Positions 1 to 13,753 of a stretch of 64,000 nucleotides of DNA are shown here, one piece after another. The stretch's first letter is position 1. Every line of letters starts with the position of its first letter. The notes beneath the pieces were generated by a model. That model was not told where the DNA came from and ran no database searches. It was given only the letters and a program-made list of their open reading frames with translations. Made by a program: the position numbers and the translations under genes. Origin of the DNA: Camelus ferus (lineage: Eukaryota); contig NC_045697.1 of assembly GCF_009834535.1 (NCBI RefSeq), forward strand, positions 118,484,001-118,548,000. The letters are read 5' to 3'.

Positions 1-210
1 CATATAAAACAGATAAACAACAAGGTCCTATTGTGTAGCACAGGGAACTATATTCAATATCTTGTAGTAGCTTGTAATGAAAAATAATATAAAAACGAGT
101 GTATGTATGTATATGTATGACTGAAACATGATGCTGTACACCAGAAACTGACACAACATTGAAACTATGTACTTCAATAAACAGAGAAAAAAGAAAGAAA
201 AAGAAATTAA
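1..210 (+). mobile_element. L1 3' end (cetartiodactyl type), cut by the window edge
   Basis: tagcacagggaactatattcaatat...gctgtacaccagaaactgacacaacattg...aataaa plus A-rich tail. Confidence 0.85.
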
Positions 211-1034
211 AGATGAGTCAGTTTGGAAACCAGCCACCCTTCACCCTGCAAATGATAACACTTTGGTTGCACAGGTAAGAGTGAGTTCACACAATGGCCA
301 TTCTAGAGGGCATGTCTGGGAACACTGATGCTTGGAAATCCACCTCCAGAATAATGTTTGGAAATTTATGGACTAATGGGATTCGCCAAAGGCCTTGCTC
401 TATGGCCAATCAAATGGGCTGCCAATAACTGGACAGTCACAATATCTCTCTATGGGGAATGCAATTTTAGAAATCTCTGTAGGAATTCTGACAAAGAATG
501 AATAAGGACTCAGTCTTGGTTTCATACCCTCTCCTCCAGCCTCAGGGACACATTACTTTGAAAACTCAAGAAGTATATGGGAGTATCCTTAGCGCAGACC
601 CAAGGTAACTGAGAATTATGGCAAGTACTGTGAATCATAGCAAGCACCTGCACCTCCATTTGGGATGGTTTTTTGAGCAATGAGAAACAGTGTATAAGGC
701 AGAGCTGCACCAGAAGTAGGGCCAGGAACTCACTCACCTGAGACCCTCCATGACCCGTGAAGTGTAAATGTGGGCAAAACCACAGAACTGTCCTGTGTGA
801 CTGCACATCCTGAGTGCAGAGAGACTGGGGCACGTGAGAAACTATTCCTGGCAGTCACGAGATGTCTTCAATGCCGTTAGCATGAACACTGTTAAAATTA
901 AATACAAGATGGAAACTAAACTGGAGAATTCACTGAACAGACAAAACCATTTAAACTAGGTAACCAAAACTCAGCTGGTTTATTTCATGAACAAAAGTGA
1001 AACTTTCCTTATTTCTTGTAAAGCTCCCAGTTCT

Positions 1035-1163
1035 TTTTTTTTAGGCGGGGGTGGGGCAGGTCATCAGGTTTATTTGTTTAACCTTTTTTTAATGGAGGCA
1101 CATGAACCCATGACCTTGTGCATGCTAAGCACACACTCTACCACGGAGCTGTACCCTCCCCCC
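1035..1163 (-). mobile_element. tRNA-derived camelid-type SINE (Vic-1-like)
   Basis: Reverse complement GGGGAGGGTACAGCTCCGTGGTAGAG...GCATGCACAAGGTCATGGGTTCA with an A-rich tail. Confidence 0.85.
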
Positions 1164-4100
1164 AGGCTCCTTGTTCTTGACCTGTCCTTCTCTGTACACT
1201 GAATACTCACTAAATACTATTTACTTGTGTTGGTGGTTTTAATTTTGCTATTTCTGGATTTCTGACAATGCTGTTGCTGCCAAGTAAGTGTTCCACCTCT
1301 AACCACAGAATCCTGGCATTTCTCCTCGGATATTTGCTCTCCTTTCTCACTTTCTGTCATTTGTCCCCAAACCCTGCCTTCATTCCTGAAACTGGACAAG
1401 CGTCTCCTGGAACTCATCTCTCAACAACTTACAGCACAATGATGTTTCTTACCTATTTCTTATATTGTGACATTCTCTTATCCCAAATGATTTCAGAGTT
1501 TCTATTTTCCCCTCGCCTTCTGTAAGCTATCCACTCATCTTACAAATTCAGCATCAATTTTAAACTTCCTTCCCTCGGCTAATCTGGGCAGTTCTTTCTC
1601 TGACCCACAGCTTTGCCATGAGGATTTGTTCCTCAGTAACGCCCCACCGCCTTCTCCTCTTTAACAGCAATATCCTTCCTTTTCAGGGAGATTCTGAAAC
1701 CTTTCCCATTCTTCAAGGTTATGCCTTCTTTGTTTAGTTTTCTCCCAGATTTTTCAATCTCTACTTAGTTCCTTTTTGTCTAAACACAGTAAAACGTTTA
1801 TTCAGCACACATTTTTAATTACTTAAACATTACAATAAATCAGTAGCGAAAGAAGATAATTAAACACTTTACACAGAAGTTAACATAGAAAATGAGGTAC
1901 ATGCAATTGACACTTTTCTTTTTGTCTGATTATTAAGTATAATGAAAAATTGAAATTTAAGAAAATAAGAAAATAGTCATATGTCTACCATTCATATTTA
2001 CCTAATATTATATTTCGTCCTATTTCCCTCATATTTTACATGTATTTAATCATGCTATATATGTTAATCTAAAACCTGCTTTTTTATGTCACATGTTTAC
2101 TGTGTATTCATGTTAAAACATGAAGATCCAGCTGATCTGTTACACAAAATTACATCAATAAATGCACCATGACTGACTGATTTTTTTCCCCAAATTTGTG
2201 TTTACATAATTTCAATATTTTATCTATAGCAAAGATATTGCAGTGAAACTCTGTGTACATTTCCTTTGGTTATTAGAAGTGAAACTCATGGAATTGTTTG
2301 GAATATGCTTTCCCCCTTGACTATTGCCAAATTGATCTCTGACATAAACTAGCATTTTATACAGAAAACAGTAGCAAGAGAATTGAGTTCCCCATTATAC
2401 TGTATTTCCCATCAAATTATAATGTGAGATTTTTGTGGGTTTTTTTTTGACCAATCTGACATATATGCATAGGTATCTCATTTTCGTAGGATGGAAGTTG
2501 AGACGCACCAGAGAACAGGAAATTATGGAACAGCAAGGAGAGGTGGCAGCAGAAATGGAATTAGGTGCCTGTGCAGCTTTGATTGGACCTGAGAATTAAA
2601 GTCAGCTGCTGGGGAGCTAGTGATGCCCAAAGAGTCAGCAGGATGGGCGGGAGTCCTACCTAAGCTCCGCGCCGCTCCACACGATGGAGCACGTGCTGCT
2701 CGGTGCTCAGGTTAAAGTCAGTACGCCTACTGGCCAATGTTGGGTTGTTCCGGCGTGGTGACTAATCAGGGTGAGTGTGACACTTCCTGGGGGAAAACCA
2801 GTTCTAAATGAGAATTTACTCCCCCACATTGTTGGCCAATGTTTCATGTTCTGACCATTCTTCTGTGAGCAGTCACCCCCCCAAGGTTAATTACAATTTT
2901 TCTTGTCATGAAGAAAGTAAATGAAAAACTCTGTCTAGAAAAAAAAAAAAGAAAGAAAGAAAAGTTATTTTAAATCATTCAGAAAACGAGTAAATTCATT
3001 TAGCCAGCAAGAAATGAACGGTTGGTTGACTTTGGAAAAATGTATCTACTGTAAGGACTTTGTTACTTCTGCTAAGTCATCTCATTACTAAAATTGTGAA
3101 AGCTTCCTGCAGCTTTTGTAGCTCTGATGGCAAAGTGATTGTCGGCATGTGAGTAATTACTTTTAGATTTGAGGTGCTAGAAAATTTTCTTCTAAGACTT
3201 AGCAAGAATGAAAGTGGTCTTAATGGAACGCCTGTATCCAAAATCAGAATAAAAACTGGAGAATGGCAGGAATCACAAGTCACACAAAAAGGGATTCAAA
3301 TCTGCAAATCCAATTAGAATCAACTGAGACAGATTTTTCCCAGAATTTGAGGTTATGAGAAAATAAGAAAGAAGATTAAGCCCCACAAAAGTTGCTCAAA
3401 AATTTCTACAATATGGTCAGTTACTATCCATACAATAATATCTGGCAACTTTTATGCAAATCCATTATTCTAACTAAGAGTTCTTACGCATCTGCATTAA
3501 GTAAATACCCCATAGGAAGAGGAAGGAGCAGCTTGGATGATTCAAAGGTCAACTTTAAATGACATTCAGATTTTTCATATGCTAACAAACCATAGTACAC
3601 CATGCAATTAAACATGACTTTTGTCAGTGACCATTCCAATGGTCTGAATAAATCAGTACATCTTTCTAAAGCCCTGGCAAGGTTTCTGCCTCTATTAAGA
3701 GCAAATCAAAATCACCTTGAAGCTAGTCCCCTTAACCTCCTGAGTCCAAAAAGGAGCTTTCTTAAATAAAATGCACTTTATTGTTCTTGTTTTGAGACAG
3801 AGAGAGAAAGAGGAAGGAAAGAAAGAGGTAACTACCCCCCACTACGTGGGAGCAGCACGATCGTCACTGCATGCATGACTCATTTAAAGATGTGTACAAC
3901 AGGCATATTTAAACATGACTCAGAGAAAGAAAGGACACGCAGCTGCATGCTGTACAGGGGATGCATGTTCTTACAGGTATGATGCAGGCAGCTGTAAAAG
4001 AAAGAAATCTCTGTGACCTGGGCATCCCGGTCAAATAAAATAAAATAAAAATGCACATAAAATACTTCTGTACAGATGTATGACTCTCCATGGTCAGAGG

Positions 4101-5399
4101 TTGTTGGAAGGTCTGAAAACAAGAAAGAGAAATCCACCTCTTGGGTTCCTATACTAACAGTAAATGTTCAACCAAAATAAACATTACAAAAGGAATGGAA
4201 ATAAAAATTAGGGGGGGAAACACTGCATAGTAATTAATATGTATTAATTAATATTTTTACCAAATATTAAAAAATTATTATAAAGAATATATTATAATAA
4301 AAAACACCTCAGTTCTAGGTCAACAAATGGCCAACAGGCACACGGTACAGCTAGATAACCCTAAAACAAACCCCACTATGTGTGAAAAATCAACATGGAA
4401 TAAATTAGCCTTACAAAGCATTGGGAGAGTAAATGCTCTTTGATTTTAAAGGCAGTTATTTGGATTTTACAAGCTCATTTTTTATTTCTCACCACAAACC
4501 ATTATAAACTCAGCATGAATTAAGATGAATAGAAGAGCAGAAACCATGAAACATAAAAGGCAATACAGGAAAATATGTCTATAGTCCTCAGATGCTTAAA
4601 AGCTTTTTATATAGAGAGGCAAAGAAGAAATCATAATAGAGATAAAAATAATATATTTCACAACATAAAAATTGTGTAGGTCAAAAATATGATAAAGATC
4701 ATTCAATAACAAGCAAGAAATTGGAAAAAAATCTGCCACAAATACGACAAAGACAATAATTTATAAGCAAGGACTGCAGCATTATTTATAATGGAAATTG
4801 GAATTAAACTGTATGTCCGGCAAGAGAAGGATTATGAATAAATTGCGGATCAGCTACATAATGAAATAATAATTAATCTTTAAAGACCATGCCTAGGAAA
4901 TTGGGAACAGGCAGCTGCAGAAAGCACCCAAAGTTCATGCTTGAGGGTAGCAGTGTATGCTGGGTGCTTCACGTTTCTGTCCATCACGTTGACCTAAGGG
5001 GTAATTACGAACCGTCTCAGACTTCCTGGGACAGACAGTTCTTTCTCTAAAGAAACGAGGCCGTGTCCGAAGGCTTGGTTGCTCGGGGCACAGCATCCTT
5101 CCGGTTTCTGAAACGCATGTCACGTGAACCCGCCCAGGGTTCAGGCCTGTCGGTGCCCTCCCTGGGCTGCACTCCCCTAAATATGTGCACTGATCACCTG
5201 GCACCATTCACGGATTTGCTCACTCACCTCTCACTGACCCATTTTCAGACTGCAAGCAACACCACCCCCATTTCTGCACACCAGTTCCTCCTCCTTCTGT
5301 TGTTTGTTTGTTTGTCTTTTCCCCCACAGAACGCATCACCTTCTATCATTTCACTTACTTTCATCTTAAATGTGGGGTTTACCGTCTCCCTTGGCTGGA

Positions 5400-5570
5400 C
5401 TGCGGGCTCCCAGGGCGTGCATGAGCCGGTCCCCGCGGAAGCAGGGCTGCCCCCGCAGGTGCGCACACCCCCCCAGGCCCCGGGGGCCGGGTCTCCGCTC
5501 AGCCCGCCCCCGCGTCTAACTGAGTGGGGCTCCCGGCCCTGCTAACCTGGATGAGAACAACACGGGCGTA
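5400..5570. other. Small intergenic CpG/GC-rich patch
   Basis: About 170 nt with many CpGs and a GC box (CCCGCCCC). Confidence 0.55.
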
Positions 5571-7738
5571 CCCACCAGATGACATTTCCCACCAGTTCGA
5601 CAGCCACTCGGTGAAGCCTTCAAAGACTCGGAAAAATGCTTACATATGAATATTGAGCCAAAAGGGGAGAATACAAAATTGTGTACAATCTAATACAACA
5701 AAGTCAATAAACGGGGAAATATACTATGAATACACGTGTAGTGTAGGGTTGTTCCCTGAGCATATTTTGAGAAAAAGTAACTTTCCTGTTATACTAAACA
5801 GAGTGTAGCACAGTGTTATTCTGAAGTGCTCCAGCTACTTTATACAGCAAACAAATCTCCTAGCCGAAAATATGCAATAGGTTAGTTTCAGGTACTTGTT
5901 AGTTAATTTGATTTCATTTTAGATCTATTACTCCGACTCTCCAGATTTCTCCCTTTTATCCCCAAGGAGTTAATTCATTCATAATTATTCCTGTCAAAAT
6001 TATTCCATAAGGAAGACTTGTCCTAAATCCCTCATATATTTAATAATTTTTAACCATTTATTTAAATCAACATGGATTCAGAAAGGTTTTTGTTTTGTTT
6101 TGTTTTGTTTTTGATACTTTGGGTTATAATCTAATATTATCATTATTTATTTTGTTGCTCAAATCAGTTTCATAATAAGAAACACTGGAGAAGTCAGGGC
6201 CCTCCTTTTCTTGGAAAACACCCCAAGGATGAGTGAAGATTTTATATTTTGGTGTCATGGAGATATTTGTTTTTAGTCCAGTTTGGCAGTATAAATAACT
6301 TATGGTGAAAAAAATAGAACTTTCGTGTTATGGAAATAATATTATTCAAGGTAGAAATGTTTAAAAGTTGATACTTTTGTTTTTATTGTTATCTAGATTA
6401 ACTCATGATTTAATTTGAAATGTAGCAAAACTTTAAAAATGATTTTTAACAATTTGATGATTTTTTGAACAATTAACATAATACAGTAGATAGTCATCTA
6501 ATAATTGATTTAAGTCAGTAATTAAGATGTAGATAAAGATCAACAGTGCCATGTAAATAACATGTAATTTCTAAACTACTCAGTGAGACCTGGGAGGGTG
6601 ACAGGCTTTATCTTTTCACTTAAACTGATGGTTGCTTGTGGCAAAAATCTGTAAAAATTCCCAAGGAAAGACAAAGTAAATTGGCAAACTCAGTTCATCA
6701 CATTTTTAAATTTTGAGATCATGGATAACTTAAATGTCTGAGATATTTTAATATACACTTTAGTTTCAGAATGAAAGTCAGCATAATTTGGGGTTTTGGC
6801 TTTTTTGGATTGGTTTCTGTTTGGTTGGTGTTTTGCTTTGGACAAAAAGAAGAGGCTGAATAGTATAAAATATTCAACATACACAAAATATTCATTGAAC
6901 TGCCAACCAGGTAGCAGAGAGCCTAGTGAATCTCGTATTTTTAAAGGTAATGAAATGCTGGGGACAAGACATCACTTTGCCTTTTAGTCCCTTGGTCTCT
7001 ATGTTAAATACAGATTTCTGATGCAGTGCAAATTGTTCCTAATCAAGTACCTTTAAAACGAAGAGGGAAAATATAGCAACAAAAACTGAGCAAGCCTTTA
7101 ACTCGGCACCACAGCAGGTGCTGAGCAGTGAGGTCTGTGTTCACGCCCACGAGTTTACTGGGGGTCCCAAGGGTGTCACCAAGAACTTGTGACCCCGGGG
7201 TCAGCACCAGACAGCAGTATGTGCAGGACTGCCTTGCACTTGCTTATTTGGAGCCCAGAGATCAAGGAACGTTAGCATCTCTTTTTCAACTTTTATAACT
7301 CTATGAAAAAGTAAAGTCCAGTCCATATATTATCACTTAGTTAACAGTCAAACAAATCAGGTTTTTATTAATTTTAGTTCTATTTAAGGAAAAATAAAAA
7401 GTAAAGGAAAATCCAGCTTTTGAGTCTCCTTAAATTTTCAAGACTTTCAAATTCAGATCTCTGTATCTAAGTGTGATTTGGGTTTCTTCATGTACACACA
7501 GTTGTCATCTTGAATCTGGTTAGTAACATCGTATAAGTTCTCTAAAATACATTCACTCATACATCGGCACACTTTCATACACACTTGTGCTGGTGGGTGG
7601 GTGGGTGAAGGTATTTATGGGGAAGTCCAGGTGAATTTAAATTTAAAAAACATTGTAAAATTATGCTCAAATGACGGCATTTTACTACAGCAGGCAAACT
7701 GAGTACATATATTGAACCTATATAAAGATGAACGCATC

Positions 7739-7770
<32 letters not shown>
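7739..7770. repeat. Compound (AT)n(GT)n microsatellite
   Basis: Read directly from the sequence. Confidence 0.9.
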
Positions 7771-9139
7771 ATTTTGCTAATCAAGTTCTTTTTTGAGAAC
7801 ACCATTTAAAAGAAAGTGCACACATGCTCCTGAGTGCTGAAGTCTGTTCACATGCATACAGAGTATTTGATCTGATTTTAAGAATAATTGCTAACAGTTT
7901 AAAACTTCTTCAAGTTCATGATAAATTGTCGTTTTTCTTCTGGAGACCATGGTTAAGGGAAACTGATGGCCCCAGCAGGTGGGCCAGGAGGGATCTGGGG
8001 GCCCGGGGCTCGCTGCGGTGGAGTATTGCCAGTGGAATGTGGAACCTTGAGGACAATAAGCTTTAATCTTTCTTTTTATATATATATATATTTGGTACAG
8101 CTATGCCTCTGGGAACAGAACTATGACTTTCTTTTTCTACTTTACCAGCCCATCAGAGGTCACTCTGGGATTAAGCAAACTCACAACCTGAAACCCTAAG
8201 GCCAATTTGGTTTTCTGCATAGTGGGGCCAATTACCAGTAGGACATGCCTCCACGTGGGTGCCATCCTCACGACTGCTGCCTTATGTCCTTCTCTAGACC
8301 TACTCTGGTCCCTGCCTGTGCCCCAGGCCTCCAAACCCTATTCTCCAGCGTTGGTCATAAGATTCGGGGCCAAAACCACCTGTCATATCCCCCTCCCTCA
8401 CTCCTTCTCCACCTGTCCAGCTAAAACTGACAGTCTTCTGGTGTCAAGACACACAGCAGAAGTTCCTCACTGGCCGATCGCTCTGTGTACGTACCTGTAA
8501 TCTGAGAGGCTGCCGAGCAGGCTGGTTGGAAGTGCAGACCTTTGCATCCGGTTACCACATATAATCACTGGCTGTTCCACTCGGCCCCTGTTTGACCTTA
8601 GGAAAGTAACCCAAACTTTCTGTGCTCCAGTTTCCTTTTAAATAAAATGTAGGTGATAAGAATATCTTCTCAATGGGTTACTACAAGGTTTAAACACATG
8701 CAGAATGTTTCAAATAATGCTGGGCAATGGGGGCATGCTGTAGTGACTGTAGTATTGCCCCCTGTTGCCGCCTGGAGGTGTGGGTTTTGGCATAAGCTTC
8801 AGGGAAAGCGGGGGTTCTGATCACCCCTTATCTGAACCTGTTCACATTAGCAGTTACAGCACAGACAGCATTTAAAGAAGTGTACATTTTTCAAAAGGGG
8901 TTTGTAACTTTTATTGTAGCGTTAACACCGTTTTTAAAAAGAACTCCTTTTTAAAAAGGCTTTGTGTGTTAAGAAATGAAAGGACCTGGGTTTAAAGAGT
9001 TTCAAATCTCAGAAATTCATACATCAGGAGCAACTTTTTGGTAAAATCACAGAGAAAGTCTTGTGGCTAGTCTGAAGAGTTCCTGCAGTTCTGGGACATT
9101 TTGTTGAGCACAAATTTTTTAAAAATTAAGACTTTTTAA

Positions 9140-9262
9140 ATTATTATTTTTATTTTGGTGGGACCAGTAATTAGTTTTATTTATTTATTTATTTTTAATG
9201 GGGGTACCGTGGGTTGAACCCAGGACCTCATGCATGCTAAGCACTGAACTATACCCTCCCCC
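9140..9262 (-). mobile_element. tRNA-derived SINE, internally deleted
   Basis: Same family: gttgaacccaggacctcatgcatgctaagc...ataccctcccc. Confidence 0.8.
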
Positions 9263-10004
9263 TCCAGAATCCTGCATGTATATACGTGTGCAAAACTTCT
9301 AGTGGTAGTCATCTGCAGTATTCACTTTTAGTTAATGCTTTGGTAATATTCTTGTCAAAGTACAAAAATAGCAGGTTGGGTCGAGGGGGAAAGAACAAGC
9401 TTCAGCAAGAATACAGATGAAAAGGAGAAAGGAGCGTGGGTGGTGATGACGAGCAAGATCTTTAGAAAGGGTCTTGCTTTGTCAGAAGATAATCAGTGCT
9501 GCTGGTGCTTTGTAATTGCTTCTTATGCAGAAATTGCAAAAGAACTGCCAAGTGAAAATGTAAGGTCCTGTGTCATCTCAAAACCTTAGGCTGCTAATGT
9601 TAGCGACTTACAAAAAGGTCCAATTTCTTCTTCCTTAAATATTTTTCTAAAAATCTCTCAGATAGAACTCATTTTTCTTTATTACTCTGCTGATCACCAT
9701 TTAAATTGTGTTTAAGTTCAAAAGAAATGCTCTTTTCAAAACTGCATGTTATAAATTAAAATTGGAAAGTATAATGTTGAAAAATGAAAAAATACACTTT
9801 TTTCCTTTATTCAATGACCACTTTCAACTATTCATCTACTTTTCTTGTTTTGTTTTTATAAATAACGAAGTAGGACTCAATGTGCTGGCAAGGAGGAAAC
9901 AAAACAAATACCTAAAATGGTGATTCGCTTTTTACAGTTTTTTTCCAGTTGTATCCATGAGCATCCTGTGTATCAACGACAACCACTGACTTCCCGTAAT
10001 CAGC

Positions 10005-10520
10005 CAGCACTTGAGAAGTGGCTGGTGTTACATTAATTAAACAAGGAGGTGGTCGACATAAACAACCCAAACTCTGACACTGCAAATCCTCATGGTTAGA
10101 ACACTGAAATATGAGGACAGCCAGTCACAGTCGGCCAACTAGCCTTTAGCCTGCAGCCTATCAACAATTTCTCTACTTTGCTTCCACCTTTTCTCCATGA
10201 AATTCTCTCCCGAGCTAGGAAGAGGTCTTCTAACTACTTCCGGTCGGTGCTGCATTTTCGCTCAAATAAACCTTAGAATTTTTGACAGGCCTCAGTTTAT
10301 CTTTTACATTAGTCTACACTGAGATGTGCTGCAGATAGAAAATGCATATCTTAGGATGAAACACAGAATACAAATGTTTCATTAATAATTTTTTGTATGA
10401 ACTACCTGATGAAATGATAGTATTTTGGATATATTGTGTTAAATGAAATATATAATTAAAACCAATGTCCCCGTTTCTTTCTACTTTTTAAAGTGTGGCT
10501 ACTAGACATTTTTAAATTTA
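10005..10520. mobile_element. MER33-like hAT-Charlie MITE, split by an LTR
   Basis: cagcacttgagaagtggct ... tagtctacactgagatgtgctg...attttggatatattg...gtggctactaga resembles MER3/MER33. Confidence 0.65.
10026..10308 (+). mobile_element. MER34/MER39-like ERV1 LTR remnant nested in the MITE
   Basis: TG...CA ends; 3' end gctcaaataaac...gcctcagtttatcttttaca. Confidence 0.6.
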
Positions 10521-11317
10521 AAAGTTCACCTCCTAGGTGACTTGCATCTCTGTCGGACAATTCTACTGCTGCTCCATGCTGCTGAGAAAGCCCACCCTTG
10601 CTGTTTTCTAAAGAGGCTTAAAAAATTGTGCTTTGGAGGAAAAAACAGCTGTATTAGTCCATCCAGGAATTGCAACCACTCGCCTATGTAAATCTTGTTC
10701 TGTACTTGAAATTGAAGATATAAAACTATTAAACAGGTATGTTGCAAAACGTCATTGCACACACACTGGGCACCAGCAAGAGGCCTTGGGCTCCAGACAC
10801 ATCTCCCTCCCAGTCTGTCCCGCACAGAGCTCGTTCCCCACGGGGCTCCTTTGACAGCCCTCCAGACTTTCTGCTCAGACCTCAATCTGAATTCTGCCTG
10901 CTTTGGGAGACTGGCACTTTCCTGTGTCTCTGCTTCCAGGACACAGACCCCGCCTACCCCACTCAGGGCCCCTGCCTGTGCAGAAGCAGAGGAATCAGTC
11001 TCCGACTCATCCTGGGCCTTCACTGTAATGGTCTTTGCATCAAGACAACGGAAACGTCTTTGGTGACGTTATTTGTTCTAATACAGTCAAAGCTATGTGA
11101 GCTCACAGTGTCAAGTTGCGGTGCTATGGTTGCCAGAACTTTATGATTGTATTATAATCATGGGTCTATACAAATTATATTGAAGGTTATTCATGTGATG
11201 TGGAGAACCACAAAAGGGAAAGTATTTAGGGATTTTTAAAATTTTATTTTTAAAGTTGGTAAAAATATTTTTCTCAGCTTTATTAGGTATAAATGACAAA
11301 TAAAAATTGCCTGTGAA

Positions 11318-11371
11318 TGTGTGTGGCTGGTGTGTGTGTGTGTGTGTGTGTGTGTCTGTTGTGTGTGTGTG
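11318..11371. repeat. Imperfect (TG)n microsatellite
   Basis: Read directly from the sequence. Confidence 0.9.
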
Positions 11372-12152
11372 CCCACGGGTCGGTATTTCTCAGGAATCCT
11401 AACTTGATTCAAATTACAGTTGTGATTATATAATGAGTCTCCGTACAGAGGAACAAACGCGTGCATTCACTCTTAGTTACAATGGTCTCCGTGTCATTTC
11501 AAAGGAGAGGATCAGATTATCTGTTTATACACAATTTGATGTTAATATATTGTAAGTACACCATGATTTTGATTGTCCTAAAGAATTCTACCTCTGTTAA
11601 TACAGTGTTAAAAGTTTTAAAAATTTGCAACAAGATTGTAGCAAATTATTGTTTAAGGAAAATAAATCATGTAAAAATTCTTTTTTAAAAGGTATTTAAA
11701 CATAAATGTTACATTGAAGTTTATTCATGTGATGCAGAAAACCACGAAAGGGAAATTTTATACCTATTTGAGGTGTACACTGGGCTGCTTTGGTGTATGT
11801 ACACCTTGTGAAATGAGCACCACGATCAAGCTAATTAGCAAGTCAGTTTGCACACTGTTATTTCTAGTATACGTCATTCACTGGGGACATCGTGCTGTAT
11901 ATTCGTCTCCGGAACGTATTCATCCTATGACTGAAAACCTGTACCCTTCTTCCAACTCCTGTCCCCTGGCGACCACCCTTCCACTCTATTTCTGTGAGTC
12001 CAACTTTCTTAGATTCTACCTCGAAGTGAGATCATGCAGCAGCTGTCTTTCTGTGTCTGGCTAATTTCACTTCACGTAAGGTCCTCAAGGTCCGTTGCTA
12101 TTGTTGGAAATGGCAGGGTTTCCTTCTTTTTATAAACTACGTAACATTTCAT

Positions 12153-12185
<33 letters not shown>

Positions 12186-12202
12186 TATATTATATATATA
12201 TA
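12153..12202. repeat. Imperfect (TA)n microsatellite
   Basis: Read directly from the sequence. Confidence 0.9.
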
Positions 12203-12205
12203 CTC

Positions 12206-12294
12206 TTTTCTTTTTTTAAACGGAGGTACTGGGGGTTGAACCCAGGACCTTGTGCATGCTAAGCCCACGCTCTACCCCTGAGCTATCCCCTCCC
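12206..12294 (-). mobile_element. tRNA-derived SINE inside the L1 fragment
   Basis: ggaggtactgggggttgaacccaggaccttgtgcatgctaagc...gagctatcccctccc. Confidence 0.85.
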
Positions 12295-12443
12295 GCAATG
12301 CCATGTTTACTTTGTCCATTTATCCACTGATGGATACCTAGGTTGTTTCCATGTCTTGGTATGGAATTCTTTATTTCATGGGAAATTTTTGTAAGTTGAC
12401 ACAAAGTGGGCAATACGTTTTATTAGTAATAATAAAAGCATTA

Positions 12444-12583
12444 GGGGAGACATTATAGCTCAAGTGGTAGAGCATATGCTCAGCACGCACAAGGTCCTGG
12501 GTTCAACCCCCAGCATCTCCTCCAGAAACAAATAAACTCAATTACCTCCCTGCTCCCCCTTCCGCCAAATTTTTTTTTAGTTG
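12444..12583 (+). mobile_element. tRNA-derived SINE with 15-bp TSD
   Basis: TSD aataataaaagcatt at 12428-12442 and 12584-12598; A- and B-box-like motifs present. Confidence 0.9.
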
Positions 12584-13753
12584 AATAATAAAAGCATTTA
12601 CATGTCACACTCACTGATACTTGCTGTCTTCAGTGTTTAAGGGGTTATTTTCACTTCAAAAGGATTACTGCTTGAAAGAGAGGTACATTTTCTCCCCTTT
12701 TTTTGTGCATCGAAAACACAGCTCTTTATTCGAGGATTTGAACGTGAGTAACGTACTTAGATAAATGTTATAGGGCTGATGTTGAATAGAAACACATACA
12801 GCAAGACTCTTACATCCTAATACGACCTAGTCATTCTGATTTTAGCTTAAGTCAAAAGTCCTCACCAGGTGTCTGCCTCAGAGTGGTGTATTTCGTAGGC
12901 GTTCGCTTTAAAATCTCTCAGCTCATCCACTCATTGTTCCTCGACTGTTAAAAAGAGTCCAGCAGAGACTTCAGAGTGTCTCAGAATTCCCAAAGGTCCA
13001 ATCCAAAGTCATAGTATCCCTGCCCTGAAATGCTCACCCAAGGAATGATGGAATTTGAGGGCAAGGATTAACTTTAGATAATCGTCTGGTCCTGCTCCTT
13101 TTCACTGGTTAGGAAACTGGATCCTAAAGGGTCCAATGACTTGTCAGGACGCAAGTTTGGGTTTTTGGCCGGGACTGGATTCCAGTTCCCGACTGTACAG
13201 TGATTTTTTTTGTTTTGTTAATTTATCCTATACTATTTCCTCTCTTCGATAGAGTAGAAGTCGCAAGAACGAATCATTCAAGTGCATTTTTTATTAATGC
13301 AAAACATGGGGCTTTCCAGTTTTCTCCTTGTGAATAAGCAGTGCTTTCTCACGTGTATTTGACAGCTTTCAGCAAGAGCTAGATGCAACTTAGTTTGTCT
13401 ATAATAGTTCTGTACAGAATTACAGCTTCTGTTACCAATTATCTGTTTTAACCAATGTACACAGCTTCCTCCAGAATTAGCAGGAAAAATCTGGGTGACA
13501 TTTCTGAACAGGATATGTGTGAACAGATTTTGCAGTATGCAAATGTTTAATGTCTATCAGGTTAGAAACAACTATTTTCCTGACAGTTCTTCGAACATAG
13601 GGGAGAGTGGAGGGATAAACTCAAGACTGCACACAGGAAGGACAGGAAGGGTCTTCAGCTGACAGCCAGGGTGCTGAGCTGCACCTCCAGGGTAGACCCT
13701 GTTCCCCGTTCCCCCGCTCCCCCCACCCCTTAGATAGTAAGCAGCGTTCTCTG

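Larger units (their letters stand above)
11240..12360 (-). mobile_element. Old L1MA-type 3' region, interrupted
   Basis: cagctttattaggtataaatgacaaataaaaattg ... gtgagatcatgcag...tttctgtgtctggct...ccatttatccactgatggatacctaggttgtttccat. Confidence 0.75.

Noticed and set aside
9452..9478. 27-nt hairpin AGCAAGATCTTT...AAAGGGTCTTGCT
   Set aside because: Too short for a pre-miRNA, depends on G-U pairs, and plausible by chance.
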